DNA of 62,178 nucleotides, filler included, from Globobulimina sp. (GCA_003354225.1; 26 parts of 26 records of this genome joined end to end with filler, not necessarily neighbours in it), one strand, 5' to 3'. Positions 1 to 13,218 are shown, counted from the whole stretch's first letter. Made by a program: numbers and translations. Notes: a model not told the origin generated them from the sequence alone.

Positions 1-85
1 TTATTTTGAATAATCTGTAAAAAACTGTAAATTCAAAGAGTTTACAGTAAAAACAGTAATTTCAAACTGAAAAGCAAAAAGTTAA

Positions 86-1310
86 ATGTTACCTTTAAAT
101 TCAAGTCCATCACCACCACCCAATCCATATAAATCATCCATATCAGTTGCATCTACATCAGCAACCACATACAGTTCACCAACAAGCATACACAACGATA
201 GTTGCTCTCCACTAACCATGTCATCACCACCTTGGACGACATTATCAGAATTAAAGTGTAAAAATGTGTCAATTCCCATACAAATTAACGACACAGAATT
301 CGTCGTATCACCAAATTCAACTTCTGGCGCTGGATATGGAGGATTGTATAAATATAATACAACAGATCGCAAATGGGAATTATTCATCACATATCCAACA
401 AAGTTGTTCTCCAGTCATTTTTTCAAAGATTATTCAGCCACCTTTGACAGTAAAAACCAGATGATCTATTTAGTGGGAGGTCAAGCAGATAACATTATTT
501 CTGTTGATTTAAACTCACAGAAAATTACCACATTTAAAACCAAGGTATTGGTATGTTTGTGCTTTAAAATCTCAGTTATTTGAAACATATCACACATAAC
601 ATATAAAACAATAAAATCAGAACAAGATAGGTTGTCATCCCACCTCCTTGTTCTATGATGGCACACTGAATGTGTTTGGTGGCAGTACGAGCAAATCGCA
701 TAACACATGGAACGCAGCACATCACTCATTCAAACAAGTTGCAATTATGAAAGACTGGAAGCAATGTAATACGTGTTGTGGTTCTGTATATATCCAATCT
801 AAACAATGTGTGTTTGTGTTTGGTGGATATGATTATGGAGATACTAACATTCGTTTAAATGGTATTTGGAAATATGATATCACTGCAAATAAATGGCATA
901 GACCGTGTGCTGTATTGCCATATAGAATGGATAGTTTTGGATGGATTCTAACAAAGAATGAAAAGTATGTCATCATATTTGGTGGCGCTGTCAACGAAGA
1001 AGAAAAAAATTACACTGGGAAATGGAGTGATAATATTTTAATTTGGAACATCGAGAGTATGGTGGTGTCGTTGAGTAACATAAAATGTCCGATGGGGGCA
1101 TTGTTTAATGCAGTTATTATGAGCAATGATGATATTCATATTCATCGAGTATTTGATGGATTGGGGCATTGGAAAATAAATGTAAAAGATATTGTGGTTG
1201 ATGATGAATTGATGGTTGATGCTTACGTAAGAAATATATTGGAGTTGAACATTCCAAACGATATTTCTTGCATTGTCCATTTTTATTACATAAGAATCAC
1301 AAATCTGTAA
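86..1310 (+). CDS. Kelch-repeat beta-propeller protein, 2 exons (intron ~545-620)
   Basis: Repeated hhhGG...Y...W kelch motifs (YLVGG, VFGG, FVFGGYD...IWKYDITANKW, IIFGG); GT at 545 and CAG at 620 join the two ORFs in frame. Confidence 0.85.
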
Positions 1311-1606
1311 TAACTGTTCTTATGCAAATTAATCCGCTCATAGCTCCGGGAGTTTGCCCTTATTATTATATATTATATTGTCATTAAATTTATTCTCTTC
1401 ACCACCCTCCCCCATGGTCGATCAGTTGTACATCCGTTCATTATACACGAAGCCTGCTAAAAAATCCGGTGGCACACAAGCAATATTTAACCGGTTACTT
1501 ATATCAATTAAATTTTATACAATGGAGCTACCAGTTATTATTTGTGTAATCTATAACTTTGACGCTAAACGATTTAATTAAAATATAAAAATAAAAAATG
1601 GTTTAA

Positions 1607-2296
1607 TTACTGCCAAAGAATGGTTTCAAATGTCTTGAGACTCTTGACACTGTCTAACTTATCAAGTTTATGACCATTCTTTTTTTTTATTGCAATTTCA
1701 ATTTCAATATTAACCATTTCTTCCATCATCCTTTTGTACTGAATACACACCCATTCATTGCCAAATACAGCTCGCTTATCAGTCCTATTTTTTTGCGCAA
1801 AACAAGGCTGAGTCGCAGTGCCAGCAACAATATTAAAATCGAGATACTTGACTTGTAAATCATCGGTAATTAAAAAATCCAATGCCGGAGTAATATATTG
1901 TTGAATCTCCAGATCGCGGGGCATATATTTCTCAAAAGCAGTAAGAAATAATATTTTTGTAATATTTTTAATTTGATTAACCACTTCTCGCACATTAAAA
2001 GTTAATATCTCGGCAAAATAATCTGAAAATTGCTGCATATTCAGTCGCCACGGTGTGCCCCATTTATCCATCTCTTGTTCGTCAACTGCAACACTGTTTG
2101 ACTGATGCCGATTGGATCTGATCTCGGATGGATTGAGTGAGCGTAGTATGACGGAGCCACAATAAAAAACAAGCAATGGGTCCTTCACATTTGCGACCAT
2201 GATATACGATCGAATATGAAATGTACATCCATCGATTCTCAAAGCATTTCTTATTAATTTTTGTGCCACCATTTTTGTCACTAATCCTGTGGACAT
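1607..2296 (-). CDS. Tubulin-tyrosine-ligase (TTL/TTLL)-like ATP-grasp protein, 5' truncated
   Basis: VAQKLIRNALRIDGCTFHIRSYIMV and ALDFLITDDLQVKYLDFN resemble the TTL motifs QkYI.P.LIdg.KFdiR.Y and GhDh.hD....p.llEhN. Confidence 0.7.
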   Translation of the reverse strand: MSTGLVTKMVAQKLIRNALRIDGCTFHIRSYIMVANVKDPLLVFYCGSVILRSLNPSEIRSNRHQSNSVAVDEQEMDKWGTPWRLNMQQFSDYFAEILTFNVREVVNQIKNITKILFLTAFEKYMPRDLEIQQYITPALDFLITDDLQVKYLDFNIVAGTATQPCFAQKNRTDKRAVFGNEWVCIQYKRMMEEMVNIEIEIAIKKKNGHKLDKLDSVKSLKTFETILWQ

Positions 2297-2297
2297 A

Positions 2298-2397
2298 NNN
2301 NNNNNNNNNNNNNNNNNNNNNNNNNNNNNNNNNNNNNNNNNTTAATTAATTAANNNNNNNNNNNNNNNNNNNNNNNNNNNNNNNNNNNNNNNNNNNN
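2298..2397. other. Artificial contig spacer (N44-TTAATTAATTAA-N44), first of 25 such spacers recurring every ~2.39 kb to 59785-59884
   Basis: Identical 100-bp blocks with a stop-codon linker; contig lengths decrease monotonically, so this is a size-sorted concatenation. Confidence 0.99.
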
Positions 2398-3492
2398 TCT
2401 CCAAATCACTCACAGACTCATCGTCGTCCTCATCCCCATATCGCTCCTTGTCCTTGTCTGCCTGGGCAGCATTGCGCAAAATCTCTTTCCTGAGCTGGGT
2501 CTTCAACTCTTTGATCTCATTTTGCAATTTCTCCTCTTTCTCGTCATGCTCCGCTTGCGCGTCTAATAATTTTGTCAACATATTATTATGTACAGTTTGG
2601 ATGGAATCCCTTCGTATTTTATCTTGGTTCTCATTCTTCATTTGCTCCATGGTTAAGGCCCTGCTCTTTGTTTGGATCTCATCGTTCAATCTATCAATCT
2701 GTGCATGAGATATTTATATATATATTATCATGCGTATTTGCGTTGTTTTTATGATGCAAAGCACATAACTTTGTCCTCAAAATTATCCTCGGCGTCCAAC
2801 AATTTCTTAAACATATTGGTATGTAGCGTGGAGATGGATTTTCGATGCGAGTCGTTGGTGCGTTCTTGCTTCATTTTCTCCACTTGCAAGTCGGCCTGTT
2901 GTGCCTTGAATTTCTTCTTCAAATCAGACATTTCCTTCTCTAATCCAGCATTGTTTTCGATATATTGCTGTAATTGGGTGGTTTTAAAGGCGTCAACATC
3001 GTCACTTGACATGTTTGCATCGGGTACGGTGACTTTGATTTTTTTTATTTCAGTCTGTAACTCCATCACTTTGTCCTCGGCGCGTTCTAATTCTGTTTTT
3101 TGTTCAGTTTCGGTTTCGATTAATTTCTTAAACATTCGATTGTGTAAATCGATGACAGAGCTTCTGTGCTTTTTGACATTTTCGCGTTTTGTCTCGCGGA
3201 TTTTGACTGCTTTAACCCGTAATACGTCAACTTTGGACTGATATCTATCGATATATTCTAGTAATTCTGTGAGTGTTACGTCGTCTCTATTACGTAATTC
3301 CTCAATTGCTGGGATCGATGTTATATCGATGTCATCTATATTTACACCCATACCATCATCATGATCATTGTCATTGTCTTTTAATTCCAACTCTTCAAGG
3401 TTTTCAAGAGCATTCTGGTTCTCTTTATTCTCGTCGTCTTTATTCTCGTCATCTGTGTGCAGGGTTTCAATGTGTATATCTTTGTCTGACAT
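2398..3492 (-). CDS. Coiled-coil protein with an internal repeat, 3' truncated, intron near 2703-2767
   Basis: Acidic coiled-coil ORFs; three copies of S.I..hH.NMh.KLh(D/E) (LHNRMFKKLIE, LHTNMFKKLLD, VHNNMLTKLLD). Confidence 0.6.
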
Positions 3493-3682
3493 GCTCTTCA
3501 AAGCAGACTTACAACTTAGTCAAAGGTTTTTACTGCAAAAACATATCAAATTAAACTCAAGAATCAAGAATCAAGATGAACAACCGATCGAATGCAACAT
3601 AACTGCCATATTGATGCCGGCCGCTGTATACCTCAATATCATTCATTATGAGCATTCTATTTGAAAAGATATTGCCCAAAAT

Positions 3683-3984
3683 ATGGTATTGAACAGTTTA
3701 CGAAATGAGTTGATGCGAGGTTTAACAAATGATGAAATTGAAACAATTGCATCCAAAATATTAACACAGCAGTCTGACGATATATGTTGTATTTGTTTAA
3801 TGCAACAAAATATTGACGATGAAATCCGTATATTACCGTGTAAACATCAGTATCATTCGCATTGTATTGACAAGGTATGTTTTGTGTTGTATTTATAGAA
3901 TCGGAACAAAACTCATAAAAACAACAGTGGCTGACTCGCAGATCAAATTGTCCAATGTGCAAATCAGAGGTAAGAATATATTGA
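3683..3984 (+). CDS. RING-H2 E3 ubiquitin ligase C-terminal part (intron 3875-3927)
   Basis: CCICL...LPCKHQYHSHCIDK spliced to WLTRRSNCPMCK completes a C3H2C3 RING. Confidence 0.85.
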
Positions 3985-4813
3985 ACATTTGACATGAGTT
4001 TGTATTGTTTATTTATATATTTATATTTTATTTGTTCCATTTAGTTACTCGTAGTCAGTAAATCCAATAAAATTCGATCAAATATTAGAAATGAAGTCCG
4101 ATCGTATAGTTATTATGTTGAAATATCCATTGTTTTATTTTTGAGTTTTCTTTCTGTTTCAACAGCAATGTTTGGAATCAAAATAGTTTGTCAATATATA
4201 GTGTTGGTTGTCATTTCGCTTATAATGGTTAAATATGATCTGTGAAATGTTTTATATTTCTTTTTAATTTGTGAATGTTTTTCAAAATATTTTTCAAAAA
4301 ATAGAAATTTTACAAAAATTTTGATCGTTTATATAGTATTTATAAGATTTTATTTCTTATAAATATAGCGATTTCGTCATTTAGGGGGGTCCATTTATAA
4401 GAAACACCCTCATTTATATGTCATTTATATATGAAAAAGCATTTATATATGAAAAAAAAGCCAATAATTTATATAGTATTTACATGAATTCGAAGTATTC
4501 CAAGAATAGCTCTACATTTGTATATATCTACTTTCGGATTGACAGTGTTTCACTTTGGCAATTTCGCACTAACTCTTGAGATGTGCAAGGATTTGCCGAC
4601 TGTCGACTGTCGACTGTCGCAAACATTATTATGCATCTTCAGATAGTAATCAATTAAATATTTTAATTACCATATCAACTTTTTCCCTACACAANNNNNN
4701 NNNNNNNNNNNNNNNNNNNNNNNNNNNNNNNNNNNNNNTTAATTAATTAANNNNNNNNNNNNNNNNNNNNNNNNNNNNNNNNNNNNNNNNNNNNTAATAA
4801 AATAAATGTTAAA

Positions 4814-6598
4814 TCATTGTCTAAATATATGAGAAAAATTGACCAAAACAAAGAATGTGACTGCCCCAAAAAAACTACCAACTTGCACAGCCCTTCCAAC
4901 AATTTCCATCATTCTACTTAATCCCTTTTCCAATGTGTCGTGATCCAAAAAATGCGCTTTCTATATAGATGGTTTTGTATTTGTTTTACTGTACATTGAA
5001 AATATAACATTAACTCTCATGAATGACATTTTTATTGATAGATAGATGCATGTTTTACACAATGTCAGTAATTGCGCGCAAGCAACAGATACAACCACAA
5101 TAATAACTCTCCAAAATTGCTTTGATTGACCACCATTATTATTATTGACGCCAAATGGATGTGGACTTTGCAAAGCAATGAGTAAGATATAAATTGAAGC
5201 AGATATCCATCCGCCACTTGATAGAAATATAAACCTCGCATTTAATAAATACGTCGGTAATAAGACTGGGAGTAAAGCACTGAAAGGAGTAAATATATTT
5301 GATATTGTAACAGAATAAATATATGCAATATCATCATAAGGTAATAATGAAAACGACGCTATGGCCGGAATCATGCCATTCTGTACTCCGCTTAGCACAG
5401 CAATCAATATGATCCAATTCCAATATCCAATATGTACATTCTTCAATATTATTGCATTGATATTCTGGGTCACGCCCGTCGACGCTTCACTAGCTACGCC
5501 CATTAAAGCGGATTTAAATGACCCTCGCAATTGGTTTTGCGCAAAATGATCCTTAATTATATTGATTTGGTTTGTATTCAACGTGATGGTTGAGCCTATA
5601 TTAAATTCCGTTTCTGTTTCGGTTTCAGTGATCAATGCTTCTGTTGACTTCATTGAGGAATAATTTTGATTCAATTTATTTGTGAATGATGATATATTTG
5701 ATTGATTCAATTTAGTTGTAAATGAAGAGATATTTGATTTTGACTGCACCATTTCCGTTTCTATGGGATCTGGCGTTGTGGGATCATGTTTGCTCAATGA
5801 TTGATAAAATGTATTTTGTGAATTATTCAATGTATTATTGGCAGTGCCCGTGGTCTGAGTCTCTATTGAATTGGAATTAGAGTTAGAAGCAGTCGCAGTG
5901 CGCGTGGTTATATCTGCAGTGTGTGTTATTTTTGTTGTTGATGATATCCAATCTTTTGCATTCTCGAAATATCCATTCTGTAAAAATCTCATTAATAAAG
6001 TAAATGACATTGCAGACACAGGTAATAATAGGGCAAGAATTAATAAATATACTTCAACAGAAAATCGTGGGTTATCCTCTTCTCTGTTTAGCTGTTGTAT
6101 ATATATTAAGATAGCACATATAATCCCAGATGAACATTCTCCCGCTCCCAGGATAGCCATATATTGTGTTGGGAAATATGATACAAACACCCAGAAAATG
6201 ATGGAAGTCATGCAATCACACATTGAGGTACCAAATGTTGTTAAATATAAAACAAGTGCGCGTTTTGAGCCAAACATAAAAAATTCAGTGTCCCAGAATA
6301 GACTCATTGTGATCATCGATAGAAAACTAAATGTAAATATTGCATATCCAGTAAATACTACAAATCTTTGCGTTTTGTATGGTCTGGGAATTATTGCATA
6401 TATCAAAGGGCCAATATTTGCCGATTGAATTATTAATGTTATAACAGACCAGATTTCAAACCCTCCACTCAAACCTTTTTCGATCAGTGACAATTCGGCA
6501 AATAAACCGGTTATGGTGATCCAACTGGATAAGCCTACCAACCAGAAAAGGAGACTAAAAACCCAAATTCTGACAGGCTTTTTTCTCGAAACTTGCAT
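4814..6598 (-). CDS. SLC52-family riboflavin transporter-like protein (intron near 4961-5015)
   Basis: N-terminus GLSSWITITGLFAEL...SANIGPL resembles SLC52A GMGSWAAVNGIWVEL...LGNLGL; QNGMIPAIASFSLLPY; last exon AVQVGSFFGA. Confidence 0.8.
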
Positions 6599-6644
6599 GA
6601 TATGTTTATTAAATAAGTTAAAGTTTTTGTTGAAAAATTAGGGC

Positions 6645-7090
6645 ATGGCACTCTTTGATGATTTAAAGAACAGTCCAGATTTAGAGTCAATTTTAAATGA
6701 TCAATTTGGTCGTTTGTGTGATAAAGAAAATGAAGTACATTCAAAAATTCGCGCATCCAAACACACATCAAAACATATCACCTCATATTTAGCCAAACGA
6801 AGAGAAATTGAATTAAAATATATGGCAGAAATAGCAAACTTATCAGATAACTATATCTCAAAAATAAATGAATATGGTTGGAATAAATTGTTAAATAATG
6901 ATAAATTACAATGTGCTGAAAGGAAAAAATATCTTTTAAACTTAGAAAAAGAAGAAAGCATATTTAATTTGCAATATTTGGAAGAAAAACAGTCAGAAAA
7001 TGAGCTTGCAAAACAAATTGAAAATAATAGAAAAATAATTTTAAACTTACAAAAAAAAAATAATAAAATAAATAAAGAAATCGAATCCAT
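6645..7090 (+). CDS. FCH/F-BAR-like coiled-coil protein, 3' truncated
   Basis: YLAKRREIELKYMAEIANLS resembles the FCH motif F.k.Ra.iE..Ya..L.kLs. Confidence 0.55.
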
Positions 7091-7190
7091 NNNNNNNNNN
7101 NNNNNNNNNNNNNNNNNNNNNNNNNNNNNNNNNNTTAATTAATTAANNNNNNNNNNNNNNNNNNNNNNNNNNNNNNNNNNNNNNNNNNNN

Positions 7191-7562
7191 ATTTGTAACA
7201 CATTTTAATTGATACGATGTTGTATGTTTAATATAATCAACAAATTGACTTATCCATATAGCATTATTTACGTTTTTATTCGTCAACGACATCTTAAAAA
7301 CATAAAGCGGTTTGCTTTCACATTTTGTCATTCCAAAATCAAATCCAATGCCACGATATTGCTCTTTATGCCATTTTGCAATTTTTAACAAAATATGCGG
7401 ATTTTTTGATGTAACGGTGGTTGTTGGACCGACTAATATTCTCACACAATGCTGTTTTGATGGTGCTACAAATTCATCACATATTTTTTCCAATTCTTGA
7501 ATCAAAGTATGTTCTGTTTCTCGCGAAGTGTGCGTATTTTCACAAAATAATATATTTCCCAT
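7191..7562 (-). CDS. Hypothetical protein, 3' truncated
   Basis: Open frame from ATG (MGNILFC, possible myristoylation-like start) to the contig end. Confidence 0.4.
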
Positions 7563-7693
7563 TATCTTAACTTCAAATTAAATGACGAAAGATATGAACA
7601 AGACACGAATTTAAAATTAAGACAGAAAGAGTGTGGATTGTGGGTCAAATATTATATAAAGAAAACTTATAGAAAGCCACACTAAAAAACATA

Positions 7694-8704
7694 ATGGCAC
7701 AGCCATCAGTCACAGAAGAATGGAAAACTGAGCCAGATTCAGTATGGCAATTTGGATTATTAGCAGCACCAAATTTAGGTGAATATGGCGGTGGCGACGG
7801 GTTAAAATTATCCTGTCCTTTATTAGTGATGAAATTGCCATCATCACGTATTCCAAACACGATATTAAACAAATTACCGCAGCAAATCAATGAATGCATC
7901 ACTAAAAACAATAAAATACCAAAGGATAAACGTGTGGCGCGTTTACCACAACAAGCTATCAACACAAATAAATTTGTAAATGGATGGAGCAAAACATGCC
8001 ATTTTGAGTTGCAATCACATGTTCCATCAGCAACACATAATAGATACAATGTGATGTATCAAGGCTGGCTATTTAAAGACATACCAAATGATCCACATCG
8101 ATTGGGATGTTCACTATTTCCATTGGTTGGTATCTATGATACATTTGGATGTTTACAGTTCAATGCTGAGTTAGCCACCAATCACAATGATGAAATATTG
8201 CATTATGCCGGCTTTAATAATCTGCGTTGGAGCGATCAACACTGTCATTTGGATTTTGGTGCATGGCATTTTGGAAGTGATATGGCGAAAATTATTGTCG
8301 ATTTGAAATCAAAAATTGTTAAATTTTGGACTGTTTGCGTTGACGTTGAAAATAAAAAAATTGATGTTTCTTTAATTTATATTATCGGACATTTGCATGT
8401 CTCGACTGTAGAAGGCATGCTTCGGACTTGCAATCCACAAAAATCGGTGCTGAAATGTCAAGAATTTTATCACTTATTTTGTGTGGTTTTTGAGCGAGAC
8501 TTTGCTAAAATGGAAAATGCGAAATCAATGCTTAGCAAGTTATTATTTGGAGATGATATCTGTAGCAATACTGATAAATATGATAATAAATCGAATGAGG
8601 AAGAAAAGGTGGAAGATGAGGAGGACATCATTGACGACAAAAAATTAAGTGAAGTTTCAGCTAATAAAGAAAACGAAGCTGAAACTAGTGATGTGTTGAA
8701 ATAA
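7694..8704 (+). CDS. Hypothetical protein, 336 aa, acidic C-terminus
   Basis: Long uninterrupted ORF; no family recognised. Confidence 0.6.
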   Translation: MAQPSVTEEWKTEPDSVWQFGLLAAPNLGEYGGGDGLKLSCPLLVMKLPSSRIPNTILNKLPQQINECITKNNKIPKDKRVARLPQQAINTNKFVNGWSKTCHFELQSHVPSATHNRYNVMYQGWLFKDIPNDPHRLGCSLFPLVGIYDTFGCLQFNAELATNHNDEILHYAGFNNLRWSDQHCHLDFGAWHFGSDMAKIIVDLKSKIVKFWTVCVDVENKKIDVSLIYIIGHLHVSTVEGMLRTCNPQKSVLKCQEFYHLFCVVFERDFAKMENAKSMLSKLLFGDDICSNTDKYDNKSNEEEKVEDEEDIIDDKKLSEVSANKENEAETSDVLK

Positions 8705-8718
8705 ATATATTCATGTTT

Positions 8719-9276
8719 TTATTGTAAAGTCGGTTGTTTGTGTTCATCGAATCCACGATGCACATAATCACAGTGAACAAATGCTCTTTCCACGTATTCA
8801 AATTTTTCAATTTTGTGTTGCAATTCCATACAAACATCGTGTGTTATTTCAAGAGTGGTTTCCTTGGCCATCATCATTTCCACTTCAACCAATATATTGC
8901 GACCAATATGATATCCGAGCAATACATCTAAAGTGGCATTCGGATGGTGTTTCTCGCAAATTCTTTTTAACTCTGCCAAACTCTCATCGCTTGCTCGTCG
9001 ACCCACTAATTTCTTCACTTCCTCTTTTCCCGTCTTGTACCAACTCCATATTATCCACAATGAGATAACAATCGCACCCGCTGGATCTAACCATGATAAA
9101 TGCGCAAAATACCCACTTATTGTCACTACAATCAACGCCATTAAGTTACTGACAACATCGTTAATGTGGTCCTGTGCCAATGCACGTGCAATCGGATTGG
9201 ATTTAAACTGTTTGCAATAAAGCCATAAAATGAATTTTAGCAATATCACACCTGTGCAAATTAAGAAAGTAAACAA
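8719..9276 (-). CDS. Cation diffusion facilitator (MTP/Mn-CDF type), C-terminal exon
   Basis: ALAQDHINDV, WLDPAGAI and VERAFVHCDY are characteristic of MTP8/11-like CDFs. Confidence 0.9.
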   Translation of the reverse strand: MFTFLICTGVILLKFILWLYCKQFKSNPIARALAQDHINDVVSNLMALIVVTISGYFAHLSWLDPAGAIVISLWIIWSWYKTGKEEVKKLVGRRASDESLAELKRICEKHHPNATLDVLLGYHIGRNILVEVEMMMAKETTLEITHDVCMELQHKIEKFEYVERAFVHCDYVHRGFDEHKQPTLQ

Positions 9277-10412
9277 TATTTAACCTGAAATTCGCAATTA
9301 TTGCTCAGATTTTATGTACAAATGTGTAAATTTCAGAGTTTTCAAATGTTGCTTGGTTATGACTTATGACAAAGAAAAAAAAAGTCAAGACAAAGAAAAA
9401 AAGCGCTATGACAAAAAAAAATGTCATGACACTCACAAAATTCTCAAACCAGATTGACTCTGCCTGGAATCGCATACAATTTCAGANNNNNNNNNNNNNN
9501 NNNNNNNNNNNNNNNNNNNNNNNNNNNNNNTTAATTAATTAANNNNNNNNNNNNNNNNNNNNNNNNNNNNNNNNNNNNNNNNNNNNCTTTGTGTACATAG
9601 TTAATTGTTTCTGAATTTGAACAGAAATCTCAAGCCGAGGCTGAGAAAAAAACTTTACAATTGTTGACTCAATTCAGTGAATGTCATGTCGCTTTGTGGA
9701 CTGTTCCAAGATGCTGTGGTACTGCATTTGAACGATATATAGCTCAAAATGCATAGGTTAAAACATAAAATAAAGCATATTGGGAGCCATTTTATTTCGG
9801 TGATAAGCAAATCCAACTTTATTCACGACAAATCCAACTGTTTTTTTTTTGTTAAATGTTTTTGAGTGGTGACCATGTCGCATTTTAACGTTCCTGTTTC
9901 CAGTCACATGAATGAAGGTGCATAATAAAGGATGGAATAGCCAATTATTTGAAGAGGAGATAAGAAACAATATGATGGTGTAACTTTTCACTAACTTTTC
10001 ACTAACGACCATACTCTCGCATTTTTTTGAGACCAAAGCTGGCTTTGTCAAACACTTGATTTTATACAGAAAGCGAGTATTACCTTTATTGGTATTCGCG
10101 TGAGATCTCGATTTTAATCGATATTGGATCGTTACCAGTTAGTGTTGCTATTAACGTATATACATTTTTGCCGGATTGCAATCCAGCATTATTTATACGG
10201 GAATTAGAGACTTTTAATTATGCAAATATTTCGACAATCATCCGAGAAGAAGAAATGTGGTATTATTTATGGGCAAACCTCAGTGAATTGCGGGCAGAAA
10301 CCGATGCGGAATATAACCAATACACAGCAAGAATTGAGGAGGACGACATTGATGAAGCAGAATTTAGCTATTACGCCCAATAAAATTGTGGACATTGAAG
10401 ACATTGAAAATA

Positions 10413-10481
10413 TAAATACGCAAAATCGCAACCAATTAAATACGCAAAATCGCAACCAATTAAATCGCAAAATCGCAACCG
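10413..10481 (+). repeat. Tandem repeat of ~24-bp unit TAAATACGCAAAATCGCAACCAAT (~3 copies)
   Basis: Directly visible. Confidence 0.85.
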
Positions 10482-10749
10482 ATTAAGTTGGAATACTCAA
10501 ATGATATCTGGTCAATAAAATTCCTATCTGGTCATATTATTTCCGAATGCATCAACTTTGTAATGCCCGTTACATAACACATTCAAATTCAAATTGTCAT
10601 CGTTTATATGTGAAGTACTGCCATATACTGTAATGACTAAACAATTATCTGTCAAATCAAATGTTGTTATAATTTTCAATGATGATGGAAAACAAATATT
10701 TTTGATTATGAAATTATGAAATTTATATTTTATACATTTATTAAAAGAA

Positions 10750-11882
10750 ATGAATTCGAATAAAAGCAGGAGCATAATATTAATTATTTGTGTTATTTGG
10801 GGATTATTTTCATTAAAATTATTTGTAAATTATAGTGAGACCAGCATCATCCCACAGACTCACACATCTCTTATACGAGAAAAGCCTACGCAGCATGGCC
10901 AATATTGTGACATTAAATATGATTTACAAAATTTATCCCAATACAGTGTGGGACATTGGAGTGCCACTTCGCAGCCATATGCAGAATGCGATTCATACGG
11001 TCATTGTACTCTGACCGCACTCGGTCAAGCATCAAAAGCAACATTTTTACATCGACACCGCGAAGAAATATGTCCGGGAAGAAACCAAAACGAAGGACAG
11101 CCGCGAAGTAGATGTCATGCCGAAGGTGACAGCGAACTGGGCAGAATTATGGAATCCATGCGGTTCGAATGGAAGCCAACAGATTGCACCTTATTTCCTT
11201 TTGACATCACTGCATTGACACAATTATTATATGACAGAAACGCTCGTTTATATTTTATTGGCGACAGCTTACAAACAGATATGTCCAATGCCATGCGATG
11301 TATGCTGCAAAATAAAACTCATCATTCCTTAATCAGAGATCACAGATTTGACAGACTTGGATTAGATCACAAAGATAATTATAACCAATCAACAGTCGTT
11401 GCGAAATGGATCCGATTGGACCCGATTATGAAGATCAGGTCGCAGGACATAGTCATTCTGAATATGGGCGCTCATTCGTACAAAAAGAATGGAAAAGATG
11501 CACATTTTAATTTGATTGCCAATGCTGTTCATAAAGTGGTCAAAGCAAAGATTATTATTTTTAGGAGCAATTCAGGCGGACATAAGGGATGCGCCAATTT
11601 CACCAAACCATTCGCAGAAATAACGGCTGAGCTTAAAGCAGAATTACTGAGTCTTTATAATTGGAGAGATTTCGAGCAAATTAATTTGGACTTTATCAAA
11701 GAATTCCAGACTGTGTTTAATGCGGATATATCAAAAAAGAAGTTCTATGTTTTAGATGTTTCAATGTTTACAAGGAGAGGAGATGGACATTGTGGGCCGC
11801 CTCAAGGCGTTATTTGGCCAAACACAGGAAAGCGTGGTTGGGATTGTTTGCATTATTGTACTCCTTCAGGCATCAATGAATG
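10750..11882 (+). CDS. PC-esterase/TBL-like (SGNH) O-acyltransferase, type II membrane protein, 3' truncated
   Basis: N-terminal TM; FEWKPTDC.L..FD; FIGDSL; DGH; DCLHYC. Confidence 0.85.
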
Positions 11883-11982
11883 NNNNNNNNNNNNNNNNNN
11901 NNNNNNNNNNNNNNNNNNNNNNNNNNTTAATTAATTAANNNNNNNNNNNNNNNNNNNNNNNNNNNNNNNNNNNNNNNNNNNN

Positions 11983-13218
11983 ACCAAAATATTCATTTGC
12001 TCCATACGTTTTTACGAGCACTTGTGTACCATTTACGGTCTTATACGCAACGGCTTGGCCTTGTTTTAATATATAAAATTTTGATTCATCATCACATGTT
12101 TCGCCCTCTCGAATTACCACTTCTTTTTGTTTACACGTAATCACATTGATACATTCTGCAATGTAATGCATTTCTGTGTCGCATAATACTTTTAAAACTG
12201 GCACATTATTTAAACATTTCATTATTTTTTGCTTTTCTTTTTCAGCTTCTCTCCGCAATGTAATTTTGAAATCGTTTCTGTCAATACACCATAATTTGCA
12301 ATCTGTCATAGTTTTGCATGTGGCAGCACGCGGACTGTCAAACATTAGCGACAGTTCGCCCACACAGTCCCCTCTTGTCATGGTGGCAACCGGCTGAGGA
12401 TTGTTATCAACAAAGACGTGAATACTTCCTTTTTCTACAATGTATAAAATGTGTCCCATTTCGCCTTGTTTTATCAATGTATTTCCAACCGCAACATCAA
12501 TACAATACAACTGTTCAATGATGGAATGCAATAATTGTTCGCCTAAGCTCTTAAATAATATATTTTTTTTTAATTGATTGACCAACCATTCACATAACTG
12601 AGCAGTTTTGAAAGCACTCGATTTTGCGCGAGCTTGTTGCTGTGATATGGAAACCTCAGTAAATGTCTCCGCTTTGGCATCTCTCCTCTCTTTTATTTGT
12701 AAATCGATGTCACTCATTCGATCATCCAATAAATCTGACATTGAATCGTTGCTCACACTTCTTTTCCAGTTAAATGACAATCGATTGGCAAATAATTTCT
12801 GTATAACAACAAAAGAAAGAAAGAATAATAAATAAAAACGTGTTTGCATAGTACATACTGAGAATTCGGTTTGCGAAATGCAAAGCAGTTTGGTGTCTTG
12901 CACGCATTTTATGGTCGATTCCGATGTAGATTCCTCGTCAAATACTAATGCTTCGCTTCCGATACAATCTCCAGATTTTAATACATGTTTATTTGATAAT
13001 TTATTGGCATAAACAATTGCTGAGCCTTTCCAGATAATGCCAAACCAATCCAATTTTTCATTTGCTTTTATTATTTTTATACCTTTTCCAAAGTATTTTA
13101 ATTTCATTGCTAATGATAAAATATTATGTTCCTCTTTATTTAACCGAGAAAAAATTGGTATCGTTTTTAAAACTTTTCGAACAAAATAAATTTGTTCAAT
13201 CTTATTTGTTTGGTTCAT
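11983..13218 (-). CDS. Multi cyclic-nucleotide-binding domain protein (PKG/PKA-R-like), 3' truncated, probable intron near 12800-12860
   Basis: Three cNMP domains, e.g. GELSLMFDSPRAATC, IKQGEMG, IREGE, EYFG. Confidence 0.85.

Noticed and set aside
3662-3664. In-frame TGA upstream of the RING ORF as readthrough or recoding
   Set aside because: The upstream frame has no recognisable homology, and other genes use TGA as a normal stop
4290-4490. AT-rich region with repeated ATTTATATA units and a GGGGGGT...CACCCTC core as a mobile element
   Set aside because: No clear termini and no second copy in this window
9587-10400. Short ORFs as transposon remnants
   Set aside because: No recognisable motifs
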